Source: Camelus dromedarius
Lineage: Eukaryota
Reading direction: 5' to 3'
NCBI RefSeq assembly: GCF_036321535.1
Contig: NC_087436.1
Coordinates: 77,192,001 to 77,256,000, forward strand
Length of the DNA: 64,000 bases
Part shown: piece after piece, positions 1-13,500 of the stretch
Numbering within the stretch: position 1 is the first letter of the stretch
Layout: the number at the start of each line of letters is the position of its first letter
The notes under the pieces: generated by a model
Seen by the model: only the letters and a program-made list of their open reading frames with translations
Databases searched by the model: none
What the model was told of the DNA's origin: nothing
Program-made: the position numbers and the translations under genes

Positions 1-2635
1 GAAGGTAAGGGACTTAAATGGAAATGAGGTATCCATACTTAAATAGGACTGGTAAAAATATTGATATCAGTGAGTTATAAGTCATATGTGGATAATATAA
101 TTCTCTGAGCAACACTACAGAAACTACACAAAGGAATAACACTCAAAAACACTATAAACTGGAATCCTAAAAACATATTCAGTTAACCCACAGGAAGGCA
201 AGGAAAGAGAAACAGAAGAATGAGTTCCAGGGGAAAGAAATAGAAAAAGATAATAATAAAATGGCAGACTTAAGTTCTAGGGCATTGATAATTTCCTCAA
301 TGATGCCAATCAAAATATACCAATCAAAGACAAATTGACTGAATGAATTAAAAAATATAACACAACCATATGCTCTTTACAAGAAATTCTCTTCAAATTC
401 AATGACATAGTTAGGCTAAAAGTAAAAGAGAAAAAGTTATACATGAAAACATTAATTCAAAAAATGCAGGAGTGACTATTTTAATATCTGATAAGAAAAT
501 TACTAGAAGCAGGGATAAGAAAATTACTAGAAGCAAATAACATTGATAAAAGGATGAATCAACAAGAAAGACAGAATGATCCTAAATGTTTACCAACCAA
601 ACAGTAAAGATTTAGAATTTAAGAAACAGAAGCTGATAGAGATGAAAGGAGAAGTAGACAAATCTACAATTATTGTGGGAGACTTTAACACCACCCCTCT
701 AGCATCAGATAGAACTACTACCCAGAATCAGCAAGTATAAAAACGATCTGAACAGCACACTCAAACCAACAGCACCTAACTGACATATATAGAAGTCTCC
801 ACCCAATGAAAAAAAGAACACAGTCTTTTCAAATACCCCTGGAACACTTAACAGAATGGAACAATTCCTAGATGATAAAACAAACCTCAACAAATTCAAA
901 GAAACTGAATTCATACATAGAGCGTTCTCTGACCATAATGTAATGAAACTAGAAATCAGTAACAGAAAGATAACAGAAATATCTCTAAACATGTGGAAAT
1001 TAAACTACATCTTTAAATAATCCATGGATCAAAGAGAAAGACTAAAAGGAAATAGAAAGAAATACATAGGACTGAATGAAAATGAAAATACAACATAAAA
1101 ATAAATGGTCTGCAACTGAAGTGTTGCTTAGAGGGAAATTTATAATTTATAAATTCATAAATTATTTATAATTTATTGCTTCCATTGCAAATGAGGTAAA
1201 GCCTGAAATAAACTAAATTCTTAGCTCAGAAAGTAGAAAAAGAAGAGCCAGGTAAACCCAAAGCCAGGAAATCCAAGGCAAAAAGAAGGAAATCATAAAG
1301 GTCATTAAAGATAAGAGCAGAAACAATGAAACAGTAAAGTAGGAAAACAATAGAGAAAATCAGTTGAAACAAAAAAATCCATAAAATAAATAAACTTCTA
1401 ATAAGACTAACAAAAATGAAACAAATAAGACACAAATAGCGAATACCAGAAATAGGGGATGTTGTGACAAATTCTACAACCATTAGAAATTAATATATGA
1501 ATAGTATGAACAACTTTAATATATTTGCCAATGTAGAAGAAATGGACCAATTCCTTAAAACCTGTAAACTATCAAATTTCAACCAAGATGAAGCAGATAA
1601 TCTGAATAGATCTTTAATAATTTAAAAAATTAATTCATAATTTAAAAGCTATTGAAGAATAAATCTCCAGATCTAGATAATTTCACTAGAGAATTCTAAT
1701 AAGCACTTTGAAAAGTAATAACATTTAACTTTGCCCAGTCTCTTTCAGAAAATAAATGAGGTAGGAGCACTTCCCAACTTACTTTAGGAATCCAGTATTA
1801 TCCTGATGCCAAAGCCAGAAAAAGGTAATAATGCAAATAAAGACTACATAAGGAAAAGTATCTCTCTTAAATTTAGACTCAAAATTTCTCAACAAAATAT
1901 GAGCAAACTGAACCCAACAATGTATAAAAAGAATTATATGCCACAATCTAGTGGAATTTATTCCTGGTGTGCAAGGCTTGTTCAGCATTCAGAATCAACC
2001 AGTGTAATGTACCGTATCAATAACCTAAAGAAAAAAAATCGTATCATCATGTGAGGTGACACAAAGAAAGTATTTGAAAAAAATCCAACATCTTTTTAAA
2101 ATAAAACTCTTAGTAAGGTAGACATAGAATACATTGAACAAAACATGTTAAGGATCTGTATGCTGGGAATTTTTTTAATGGTATGGAAGAAATCAAAGAT
2201 TTAAACAAATGAAAAGACACAACTGTGTTAGTGGAATGGGAGGATCAACATAATAAAGGTGTTAGTTCCCCCCTAACTGATCTACAAGTGTAATGAAATT
2301 CCTATGAAACTTTCATCAAGGTTTTTTTGTAGATGTCAACAAGCTTATTCTAAAATTGATATGTGAGGCACAGTTGCTAGAATAGTTGAAACAATTGGCA
2401 AAGAATAAAGTGAGAGGAATCACTCTACCTGATTAAGGTTTACTGTGTAGACAGAGTCATAAGGACAGTACAGTATTGGTAGAGGGGCACAATGATCAGA
2501 ATAGAGAACCCAGAAAAAGATGCACACAAATGTGCTCAATTGATTTTTTATGAAGATGCAAAAAAATTCAGTGAAGTAAAGATAGCCTTTTCAACAACTG
2601 GTGTTGGAGCAACTGGCTACCCATAGGCAAAAGAA

Positions 2636-2716
2636 CGGAGGGGAAGGAAGAGGAGGAGTGAGAGGAGGAGGAGGGGGGAAGGAAAACAGGAGAAGAAGTA
2701 GGAGATGATGGAGAGA
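2636..2716. repeat. GA-rich low-complexity tract inside the L1
   Basis: ggaggggaaggaagaggaggagtgagaggaggaggagggggaagg... seen directly. Confidence 0.85.
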
Positions 2717-3679
2717 ATCTCAACCTAAAACCTAAACCTCACACCTTGCACAAAAATTAACTCAAACTGTACCATAGAATTAAATATAAAATGTAAAAGC
2801 ATGCAACTTTTAGGAAAAAACAGTGGAGAAAAATTTTAACATCTAGAGCTATTCAAAATATTCTCAGACGAGAAACAAAAGGAGTGACCCATAAAAAGGA
2901 AAGTGGGTAAATTGAATTTCATCAAAATTTTAAACTTTTGCTGTGTGGAAGTCCCTGATAAAAGGATGGAAAAGCCTATAGATTCAGAGAAAATATTTAC
3001 AGGCTGTTTATCCAACAAAAGACTAAAATGTAGAGTATATAAAGAACTCTTAAAACTCAGCAGTAAAAAAATAATCTAAACAGAAAATGGAAAAATGACT
3101 TGAAGAGACATTTCAGTGAAGAGGATATACAGATGGCTAAAAAGCACATGGAAAGATGTTCAACATCAAAGAAACACAAATGAAAACCTCAATGAGTTAA
3201 TACAGAAGGGCCAAAAAAAAAGCAGTGACAACACTAAGTGCTCGAGAGGATGTGGAGACACTGGATCACTCATACATCACTGGTAGGAACGTAAAATAGT
3301 ACAACCTCTCTGGAAAACAAGTTGGCAGTTTCTTATAAAACTAAACATACAACTGCCATACAACCCACTAATTGTACTCTTAGGCAATTATCCCAGAGAC
3401 AGGAAAACTTATGGTCACATAAACAATCCAAACCTATATGGTGTTCATAGCAGCTTTCTTTGGAGTAGCCCCAAACTGAAATGAGCCCCCATGTTCTTAA
3501 ATATTGTTAAACATTGTTGAACAAACTGTGGTACCTATCTATCATGGAATACTACTCAGCAATAAAAAAGAAAGGACCTGATTCATATAACTATTGTGTG
3601 AATCTCCAGGGGATTTTGCTGGGTGATAAACAGCCAGTCACCAAAGTTTACATACTTTGATTCCATTTATAGAGCATTT

Positions 3680-4046
3680 AAAAATTATAGTTGATGTACA
3701 ATATTATATGTTACACGTGTACAGTATAATGAGTCCCAATTTTTAAAGGTTATACTCCATTTATAGTTATTATATACTATTGGCTATATTCTCTGTGTTA
3801 TACAATACATACCTGTAACTTATTTCATACATAATAGTTTGTACCTCTTACGTTCCATCTCTGTATTACCCCTCCTCCATTTCCTCTCTCCACTGGTAAC
3901 CACTAATTGCTTCTCTGTATCTGTAAGTCTGCTTCTTTTTTTTAGTCACTAGTTTATTGTATTTTTAAAATTTCAATATAAGTGATATCATACAGTATTT
4001 GTCTTTCTCTATCTGACTTATTTCACTTAGCATAATACACTTCAAG
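3680..4046 (-). mobile_element. Younger 5'-truncated L1 3' fragment (cetartiodactyl type) nested in the older L1
   Basis: Perfect 13-bp target-site duplication TTATAGAGCATTT at 3667-3679 and 4047-4059. Reverse L1 3' UTR motifs (aaaggttatactccattt; ctgacttatttcacttagcataat). Same family as 52792-53208. Confidence 0.92.
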
Positions 4047-4771
4047 TTATAGAGCATTTTTTAAATGATTAGATTTTAGAAATGGATGACAGATTAGTGG
4101 ATATCAGAGGTTAGGAACAAGGGAAGGTCTGGAGGTGGGAGGGAGATGAGTGTGGTTACAAATGAGCAAGAGGAAGGATTCTTATGGTGATGGAACTCAG
4201 TATCTTGACTTAGTCAGTGGTGCATACAGGAAGCTACACATGTATGAGATTGTATATAACCAAATACGCACACACATTCGTACACACATACATGAGTACA
4301 AATAAAACTGGGGGAAACTGAATAATACTGGTGGATTGTACCAGTGTTGATCTTCTGGTTATGATATTACACCATAATGTAGTTGTACACAGTGCTGCCA
4401 TTGAGAGGGACTGGATAAATTGCACATGGGATCTTTCTGTATTATTTCTCTTTACTGCATGTGAATCTACAATTTTCTCAATTAAAAAGATCAATAATCA
4501 ATAAAAATGTTATTTTTAATAATATGCCAGAAGAAATTCAAAGAGTAGTACTTTAATTATATATTTAAATATTTTTGTTTAAAGTCATTTGATATATAGG
4601 GCAGTATTAATGTCTAATTTATTAATTGCCTGCGGAGTTTATTTTCCATTTGGAAGCTGGAGGATGCTGGCACTTCATTATAAGATACTTATTGATGTAC
4701 ATTCAGTTCTAAGATATAAAGTATATTGGATATATTTTTCTTTGATGAAATGGAGTTGCTGATACTTTAAA

Positions 4772-5402
4772 AATGTGTGTCCAATTCTGTTTTTTTTTCC
4801 CCTCTTGACACCAACTAATTCTGACACTGAATTTCCTACAATTGAATTTAATTCTGACATTAATTACATGGAATTAGAGTCAAACTTCTCAGGTTTAAGG
4901 ATCCAGTCTCAAGACTTTATCCACTTCAGACACCAACTGCAAAAGGGGTGCCTGGAATAGCCACATTTCTGCCTGGTTGAGTACAAATTTAGGGGTCCCC
5001 ATGATCCCCCCTCAGGTCTGATCATTCACTAGAACAATTGATAGAACTCCGGACAATTATTAGCAGTTTAGTATAAAGGATGTAACTTAGGAATAGCCAG
5101 GTGGGAAACACACATAGGTATAGGGCATAGGAGGAGGAGTGTGTGTGTGTAGAGCTTCCAGGCCCCCTCAGACCACACCATCCTCCCAGCACCTCAGTGT
5201 GTTCACCAACCCAGAAGCTCATTTAGGGCTTTTTATGGAGGTTCTGTTATGTAAACATGATTTATTAAATGATTGGCCATTGGTGTTAAAACTCAACCTC
5301 CAGCCCCTCTCCCCTCCCTGGAGTTCTGGGGTTGAGACTGAAAGTTCTAACCCTCTGATCACTTAGTTGGTTCCTCTGTCAACCAGCTCCCTTCCTGAAG
5401 CT
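4772..5402 (-). mobile_element. MER21-like ERVL solo LTR
   Basis: Motifs cctacaattgaatttaattctgaca, ccacttcagacaccaactgcaa and cagtgtgttcaccaacccagaagctc match recalled MER21 in reverse. Confidence 0.8.
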
Positions 5403-5414
5403 AAAGTCATCATT

Positions 5415-5590
5415 GCACTGAGTTCAATTGCTGCTTCACTTATCTGTATTACCTTGGGCAATCACTTAACCTCTTTGAACCTCTCCTTAACTATAGTAAA
5501 AGTCCCCACCTCATTAATGAGCTGTTAGTACATATAAAAATAACAGAACTGAGGACACATAGGAAGCATTCTGTTGATGTTGTTAATTGT
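5415..5590 (+). mobile_element. MIR SINE relic
   Basis: Core 'accttgggcaatcacttaacctctttgaacctc'. Confidence 0.7.
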
Positions 5591-6869
5591 TACTGTTGAC
5601 ATAAAATATAGGAGATGCCCATTGCATTTGATAATTTATGTTTGAGTGCATTATTGCTATAGTGAATGCAATTTGTAAATGATTTGTCCTGAGTAGATAA
5701 AGTGATTATATATCTTAATTTGTCTAGTATATTCTATAAATTCTAATATTTCTCTAGTAGTTTAATGTAACTGTAATACATCAAAGCATTCAAAACTATG
5801 TGTTCATATTTTTCCACCAAAGTGAATATGACTGATACTTTAATATTTATTTTTTTGTAAGTCAGTAATTACTAACAATGAAGATAGTGGCTATGGATGT
5901 GATAATGAAATTGGTCATAGTATAGCACTTAGAGTATATTTCTTTTCTTTGAATTTATTTAAGACCAGAATCTTCAGACAAACTGTACTGCAGCATTTAT
6001 AAAGCTACTGACCCCAAGCCTATCACATGACCTAAAGGTTGACTAAAGAGAATCTTTATATATCTTAATGGTATGTCCAATAACTATGGTCAAACCAAGC
6101 ATAAAATAACAGGTCCTCCTCTCTTTAAAGTTATATTAACTGAGGAATTGCCTTAATGCTACTTTCTCTTAGGATCATTGTAGGGATCACTACACTGAGG
6201 CTGAGATTTCATATGAAATCCTGAGAGATTCATAGAGACCCAGCAGTTGATTTTTTAAAATTCTCAAGTTTTAATTACTGATCAACATTTATAAGTTATT
6301 TTTAAAAAGAGGGTTCCCCCTGCTCCTCTTCAGTTTTTTCAGGACCTGGGGTGAATCTAGTTGCTCAGCTCTAATTCCCAACACTTTTATGTGTGCGAAA
6401 TTAGATGAAAATGAAGAATAAGTACAACCATAGAAGAGGAACATAATGAAAAGATCAATTCTACTTGGTAGTGGTGGCAGGCCCACATTTTACATAGTAT
6501 ATACTAGTATCTTGGGAGTTTTTCTTATGTGTATATAAAATAGAACACATCTTTTCCCATCAGCCATCTCCTGACTGATTACCTCGACATCTACTGGGTT
6601 GAAGGGACGGGGAGAAGGTGAAACAACTTGCTGTGCTAGGAAGGGTTTTCTTGCAAGAGAAAATTTTACTTGGCTTCTGAGGAACAACTGATGGAGTGCA
6701 TGTGGAAAACAGCTCTAAATGGCAGTGCTCAGAATAGTGACACACATTTTGGATCCAAACCAGGATGCAGTCTTCAGGCTTTTAGTGGATAAGTTACATT
6801 ATATGTGTGGGCTGCCTAATAAGACAACTAGAGCCAGTTGGTAGTGTAGTCCTATAGGATAGGAGCTAC

Positions 6870-7090
6870 CTGTTAAGCTCAAGAGGTCACACTGCCTGGG
6901 TTCAAATCCCCAGCTCTACCATTTATCAGCTGTGGGGCCTTGTGTAAGTTGCTTAAATTCTTATTGTTTCTGTATTCTCACCTGAAACATGGGAATAATA
7001 ATATCTACCTGATAAAGTTGTTTAAGGAGTAATCACTATTCTTAGAAAAATGCCTAGTACTTAATAACCACTCAATAGATACTGACCATT
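6870..7090 (+). mobile_element. MIR SINE
   Basis: 'cctgggttcaaatccccagctctaccattt...ccttgtgtaagttgcttaa...atgggaataataatatctacct'. Confidence 0.8.
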
Positions 7091-7849
7091 TTAAATTTTA
7101 TTATTTGGCAATTTAGTAATACATTCTGCACAGAATTGAAGAAAAATCTTTCCTCTTTCAATTTCTACTTTGCAGTAGTATTGTTAACATGTTTCAGGAT
7201 TCTTTGCCCTTTAGTACCTGTTTTCTGCATTTATTATTACATTATTTAAAAATACAGGATTTGAAATATTTTATAATCTATATAATTTTTAAGTATGGTC
7301 ATGTCTGATTACCTCAGGGAGAATGTTTGTTAATAAGCATAACTCTGTGAAAATCTAACTTACCTCATTATGTTTCTCATTAATGTATCTTGGAAGACTG
7401 AAAAACTGTAAACAGGAACCAGATGCCATGAATCTTTAACATATAGCTTCAAAGTCATTGCAGATTTTTTACCCTAAATATAATCACAAATATTTAACTC
7501 TCCATATAGCTCTCCAAAACCACTGTAATGGAAAGATACATAAGGTAGAAAGCTCAAAAGCAAGGCCAAATTTACATTCTAACACAATTCTAGTATTTAA
7601 ATCCATGCCAAAAGCTGGTGAAAATACAGTGCAAAATTGGTTGGTTTGTACTTCATGTTTTTATTTAAAAAGTTGCATGTTTAAATAAAGAACATCCAGT
7701 CTAATTAAAATTTTTATTAAATTCAATCAGGGAGCATTTGAAGTAATAGTTTATAAAGTACGAATTTGAAAACTAAATTTTAGACTTAAATGCTAACAGG
7801 TGGTAAATAACCTTTTCCACAGCTCCCAATACCAGTCCCAGTATAGGAT

Positions 7850-8035
7850 ATTTTAGTGGTCAGGAGCCCAGACACCAAGGACGGACTGCATGAATTCATA
7901 TCCCAGCTCATATCCTTGCTGGCTGTGTGACTTTGACTTTGGGGAAATTATTTAGCCTCTTTGTGCCTCAGTTTCCTCATCTGTGAAACAAATTATACTA
8001 CTGCCAATTTTATAGGGTTTCTGTGAGGATTACAG
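7850..8035 (+). mobile_element. MIR SINE
   Basis: 'ggctgtgtgactttg...gcctcagtttcctcatctgtgaaa...tagggtttctgtgaggatta'. Confidence 0.85.
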
Positions 8036-8048
8036 AATTTACATATTC

Positions 8049-8150
8049 TGTGTATATATATATATATACACACAAGTGTCTGTATAGTAGACACACACAT
8101 ATACATATATGAATATATATTTGTCAGTGAGCGTATATATAGATACACAT
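8049..8150. repeat. Imperfect (TA)n/(CA)n microsatellite region
   Basis: tgtgtatatatatatatatacacac...acacacacatatacatatat. Confidence 0.8.
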
Positions 8151-9999
8151 GTACCCACGAAGTGTATATCTAAAGAATCTCCATGTCCTTATATATGGCT
8201 TTTTCCTAAATTGTTCCTCTTGCTGCCTTTCTCTGTATAAGGGGGAGAAACCAGACTTTTCAGTAACACCTTCACTGGCCTGGCCTGCGAAAAATAATGA
8301 AGCTGTTGAAATTTTTTTTTAATAGCATCCCGTCTCCCTTTCTGCCGTCTTGTCTCTTTTCCAGTGCTCAATGCTCTGTTTTTAGCCACTCATGCAGACA
8401 TAATGCCTTTAAGCTGCCCATACTGGTTTTCCAAAGTCGATGTCTCTAAGTGCATTTCTTGTGTTTGCTTTATCACAGAATGTTAAAATAATAACTTCTT
8501 GCTCTCTTGCCCCTTCCCATCAATTTGAAACTCCCTTTTCTTACATGATCAACCCTTGGAACTGCACCCATTGGCAAATACACACTAAGATATGACTTAC
8601 TAGTAGCCTTTTCTGGGGCTCCCTTCATTTGGTGAAAAAAATCTGTGCCCCTGTACTGGAGTAGTGAAACTGAAATTGTGCATTTTGATTTTTATTAGTG
8701 AGTATGAGTAATTGGAGAGGTGACTGACACCCTTGGGGTGAAACTGACCATAAAAGAGAAGTAGATAGCCTTAGTGCTAATATGCAATGAGAATAAATAC
8801 TATTGAAAGTTAAAGAGAATAATCTAGAAACTAAAGTAAGTAAACATAAGCAATTTTCATTTAGTCACTGTCCTTCACTTACTTAGAGTACTGTGTATTT
8901 CCTTAACGGTTCCTAAGCACCTAACTAAAATTGTCTTGTGTATTTGAATAAATTTTTGAGAAGGGGAGACATGAAAACACAGCTCTGTGGTTCTTTTTTA
9001 CTCACTGTATCTCCTAGGGTAGATGCTGAATAAATGTATGGTGAATACAAGAAACAGAAATGGGCCAAATGGAATTTCCTTTTGAATTCTTTTCTGCTTG
9101 CTTGCTTCAACAGACACTTTTTTAAAAAAATAAAAGTTGAAATTTTGTGAATGTTAAGTAAGAATTAGTAATGAATAGAGAAGATTTTTGGAAACTGTTG
9201 AAACACAACCTCTGCATTTTCAACACTATTAAAATACATGAATGCACCAATTGCAGCTACATTATTCCTGGGATCAAGAGAGAGCTCGAAGGGAATGCAC
9301 AAGTGATGCTAACACAGCTATAAGTCATGGCAAAGCCAGAGCAATACAAATGGGTTTTAACCAGTTATCCTCTCTCAGAGGTGTTTCATTGACCTTCTCC
9401 AGGATAGCCAGGCCTAGGAAATACCACTTCTTTGAAGCTTACTCAGAACATAACCTCACAACAAGAGCTGTTTTAGGGAGTAGTTGGGCAATAATATTTA
9501 AAGAAATAAAGAAAGAATTTCAAACAGTTGTAATATAACCTTTTGATAAGGACCTTTAATCAATTCTCAACCAATACGTTAATTAATTCCTCATTAGAGG
9601 GGAATTACATTAGAGTCTTTGTGCAGAAATAATCTTTGGATATCAAGACCAAGAAAGTTTAGTAAAATGTATTTGAGGATTAAGTGATAATAATTTTGAG
9701 GGAAACAGTGCATTGTTGTTGCCTCTAGAGAATTAACTTCAATTACATCTAGTCCCATATTTGGTATTTTTAGAATTCTTCTCTTTCTCTCTCCCCACAT
9801 AAATGATTAATGATAATGATTAAAATAAATTATATAATAACATGTTTTAAAAGTAATTTAGTTGAAGGCATAAAATAAATAGTAGATCAAGAATACTTCC
9901 AGTTATAACCTAAGCTGAATTTAAATTTTGAAACTCTGTTGAATTTCCATTTAAAGAAAAATGTATGGAAGAATTATACATTCTTTGGTCCCCTGATAT

Positions 10000-10125
10000 T
10001 AATGCATGTGGCTTTGTCTGGATAGTCTCAAATTGTATCAGTTTTCCCAGCACAATCATTCATAATACTGTCTTTGAGTCTCAAAAATGTTGTGCTTTGG
10101 TTGATAAAGCATATGTACATCCTAC
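10000..10125. mobile_element. MER94-like hAT-Blackjack MITE relic
   Basis: 'tttgtctggatagtctcaaattgtatcagttttcccagcacaatcattcataa...tctcaaaaatgttgtgctttggttgataaagcatatgtacatcct' resembles recalled MER94. Confidence 0.55.
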
Positions 10126-12689
10126 CTAGTACAGAGAATTTGTTTGTAATACGCTTTTATAATCTAAAAAATTTCCAGAATTTCTCAGGCTGTGAGCCAC
10201 AAATAGTGGTGGAAATCATATCCAGTCACAGCAAGCATCAGTTCTTCTGCCTGGTCGTTCTTACCAATGTTGCTCTATGAGGCATTCCTCCAAACATTTT
10301 GCAGTCCATGTTCTTTAAAGTGAAAAGTATTACTCCTTTCTAGCACATTTTATTCAAAACATTCTAAAATGCAATCTGCTTTTTTTTTTGTAACATATTA
10401 ATATACCTAACATGTTAAGGTTTAGGTTTTCATTTGTGCAAGTACTCAGGAATTTGTGTTATTATTTAGTAGAGGAAAGATCTTCTGGAAGGTACACCTT
10501 CATTAGTCAATTTCATCCTCAGGTAAACTCTTGGCTTCTCAAAGTGTCCTTCTGGACGTAGTATAATGTCGGCTATACAGTAGGCACCTAATTGATATTT
10601 GTTAAATGAGTGAATGTGTAGCAGTGATAAATAGTTTTCTAAACTTTTAAAAAATATGTTAATTTAGTATAAGTTAATGGTATTATTTTTCAAGTTATAC
10701 AAGCTACAATGAGAATAATAAAATTTTTACTTGAGAAGTTGCCAATCACTATTATCCACATTTATTAGAATATACTAAAGGAGAATTAATTATATTATGC
10801 CATGTAAGATATTAACTGAGAAACTTTAACCCATATATGTTTAAATATGATGGAGGAAAAGAGAAGGGAGTGTGGAAGGGAGAGTGCCATGAAATAATTA
10901 AATTTCTTGTCATGGTGAATGATGTTCCCATGAATTTCTACTATAGACTTATTGTTGAAAACATCAATAATTATTATGAATCCCCTTAGAAATATACTTT
11001 CCATGTATGGAACAAATTTCTTTCATGGTCAGAAAGATGGCTCGTGATTTCAGTTTAACATCAATTCAAAATTACACCATATTATAGAGGAGGAGAGCTT
11101 AGGGCACCGGTAGGCCATGAACTTTTCAGACAGTAATTTAAAACCAACGTTTTAGAACTGCATTTTAAGGAATAGGCTTTGCTCTTTGATCATGTTATTA
11201 ATCTTTCAGGAATTTAATAACACTTAAGCCAATTTTACAATTTAACTAAGAGGTAGCCAATAATTAAATAAACTTTAAATGTCTGTAATAGCATGATGGG
11301 AAAAGAGAAGAACCAGAGTGGATTAGAGTTTTAAAAGTTTTAAATTCCTTGGGTCAATAGGAAGAGAATTATTGGCATAAAAATGGGCTTAATTCAGGTG
11401 AATTACCAAAAGGAGACTGGCCAGCCACTATGAAATTAAAATGATTGTATAAAGCCCACTAGTCCCTTGATGCTGCAGTTGAATCCCCATAAAAGCATTA
11501 AGCCTATCACCTACTTGGTGATTATTTCCCTACCGTTTTCACTCCTTTCTCTTAGTTTCACTTGCCTTTTCAAATACAGTATAGTTGTTTAAAAAAAAAA
11601 AAAAAGAGTGTCATATCATTTTTAGGAAAAAAGAAAATCTAACAGAGCTAAAAGCATGACTACTTCAAAGTTCAGTAACTACATATTGAAGTTGCTGGAA
11701 TAAGTTTAAAAAAGTAGCAATTTAAATTCACATTTATTGTATTAAAGACTAATTTGTCTTATTTCCAAATTTAACTTGATGAAAACAGTTTTCTTAATAT
11801 AAAGGGAACAAAGTGTTAATGAATCACCTCAGTCTACTCAGGACTATGTCTGCTTTAATACAAAAGAAAAAAGTCCTGCAAAGCAATTTCTTTTGCCTGA
11901 ATGTCTTTTGATTTTGTAACATTCAAACATCAAAATTTCATGCAGAAACTATAGCATCTTACTCTGCTAAGAAAGAAAATGATCTAAATTTTTTTCTTTA
12001 GAAACTTTTGTTTTAACTTTAACATCCAAAGAAATATTTTTAAACCAAGCATTAATTGTTTATCTGCCCCAACCAAGTACTTGTCCAATAAATGAGATTT
12101 CTTGAGGGATGCAAGTGACTGGCTTGAGGGAAACATCTAGAAATATGTTTATACATAGAGGCTATTAAAGCATGTCATTATGTTAAAAGCTGAGATTCTT
12201 GTTGAAATAAATGGTCACCACACTGCATTGTTGTAGAAAAGCCCAACATTATTATCTTAGTTATGTTTTAATTGGCCTAATTTTCTACATAATTGCTCTA
12301 CTTTCCATTTCATTTTGTCTCTATAGGCACAAACTTTCTCTTTGACAAGAAAAATTGGCAAAAACTTGGCAGCATTTAGAATAGCCTGCCTATATCTTGA
12401 AAATTTGCATAATTTGTATTATTTTCCTTATCAGAATGCTTATAATTAGTTTGTGTGCCAACAATTGAGATAGGAAAACTTTAAATTTGTTTCTGCTTAG
12501 CTTTCTAATTGGAATTAAAAGAAAATGTGATGTCACAGGGAGTTAGGGAAATAAGCTGTGATAACATAAACTATATAAATAATTCCTTTGCATCATGAAA
12601 TCTATGCAACCCAATAAAACTGCCTTTCTTTTGTGGGGGCTTAATTGTGGACTTAATAGTAATTCATTATTCTTGTGCTGACATGCCGA

Positions 12690-12930
12690 TCCATTTATCT
12701 GTTCATCTGATCATTTAACAATATATTAGAAATCTTGTATGTGTAACTACATCTGGGATGTAGTTGGAGGACAAAAAGAGTTTAATATAAAGTCTATGCT
12801 GAAGGAGCTTATGGTTAAGTGTAAATGACAGGAAATTTACATGATGGTAACACAAGAAAGAAGATAAAGTCAAAACCAATGCATTAATTACTCTAGGGGA
12901 GCAAGATATGATACCTAATGGGGGAACAGG
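12690..12930 (-). mobile_element. L2 3' relic
   Basis: Degenerate (cattc)n-type tail, then 'tttaacaatatattagaaatcttgtatgtg...aaggagcttatggtta'. Confidence 0.55.
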
Positions 12931-12993
12931 AAATTTGATCATATTCAAATTTCCTTCTAGAAAATAGTTGTCCTCCCAAGGCTTATAAGGAAC

Positions 12994-13500
12994 TATAAGG
13001 GTTTAGAACAGGCCTTCCCAAGATGTGCCACTTTGGCAAGTGAGTTATTTTGAGCTGAAGGTAGTTAAGACCCTTCAGGCTCGAGAGAAACTACTGCCCC
13101 TCTCTTAACTACTAGAATTTAAATTGGGGATTTTTCCCGTAAAAAAGTGTTATCACCAGAGTTAAACTTTATCTAAGTGGTCCTATCTATATGGCAGTGC
13201 AAACATCTAATTACCAAACATCTGCTCTTCTCACTGTCCTGTGAGTGACCCTCCTGTCCTTGGAAGCCCCAGTCCCCATCCCATCCCTTAGCTCAAGATG
13301 GCATATGTACTTCATTTACCTTTCTGTCTTTGAACTTCTCATGTATATGGGGTCTCAGACCCTCTCACGTATGTGGGGTTCCCATATGTATGAATCACAA
13401 GTTTGATTTTTTTCCTGTTGTTCTGTCTCATGTCAATTTAATTCTTAGACCAGTCAGAAGAACCTAGAAGGGTAGAGGAATGTTTTCTTCCCCCTTGATA
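12994..13500 (+). mobile_element. MER34-family ERV1 solo LTR, complete
   Basis: Starts 'tataagggtttagaacaggccttcccaagatgtgccactttggca...ttattttgagctgaagg' and ends 'agaagaacctagaagggtagaggaatgttttcttcccccttgata'. 4-bp TSD GAAC at 12990-12993 and 13501-13504. Confidence 0.85.

Larger units (their letters stand above)
1..4490 (+). mobile_element. Degraded LINE-1 (L1MC1/L1MC2-like): inter-ORF region, ORF2 relic and 3' UTR
   Basis: Endonuclease-like IIVGDFNT coding (attattgtgggagactttaac, ~668-690) and RT-region remnant PKPEK...YIRKSISL (ORF 1806-2054), with many stops and frameshifts. The 3' end 'gggatctttctgtattatttctctttactgcatgtgaatctacaattttctcaattaaaaag' resembles the L1MC1-type terminus. 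Confidence 0.9.

Noticed and set aside
705..3018. Hydrophobic minus-strand ORFs resembling membrane proteins
   Set aside because: Antisense translations of A-rich L1 ORF2 give F/L/I-rich peptides automatically.
6172..6234. + strand acceptor followed by DHCRDHYTEAEISYEILRDS*
   Set aside because: No upstream exons, no nearby polyA signal and no homology; likely chance.
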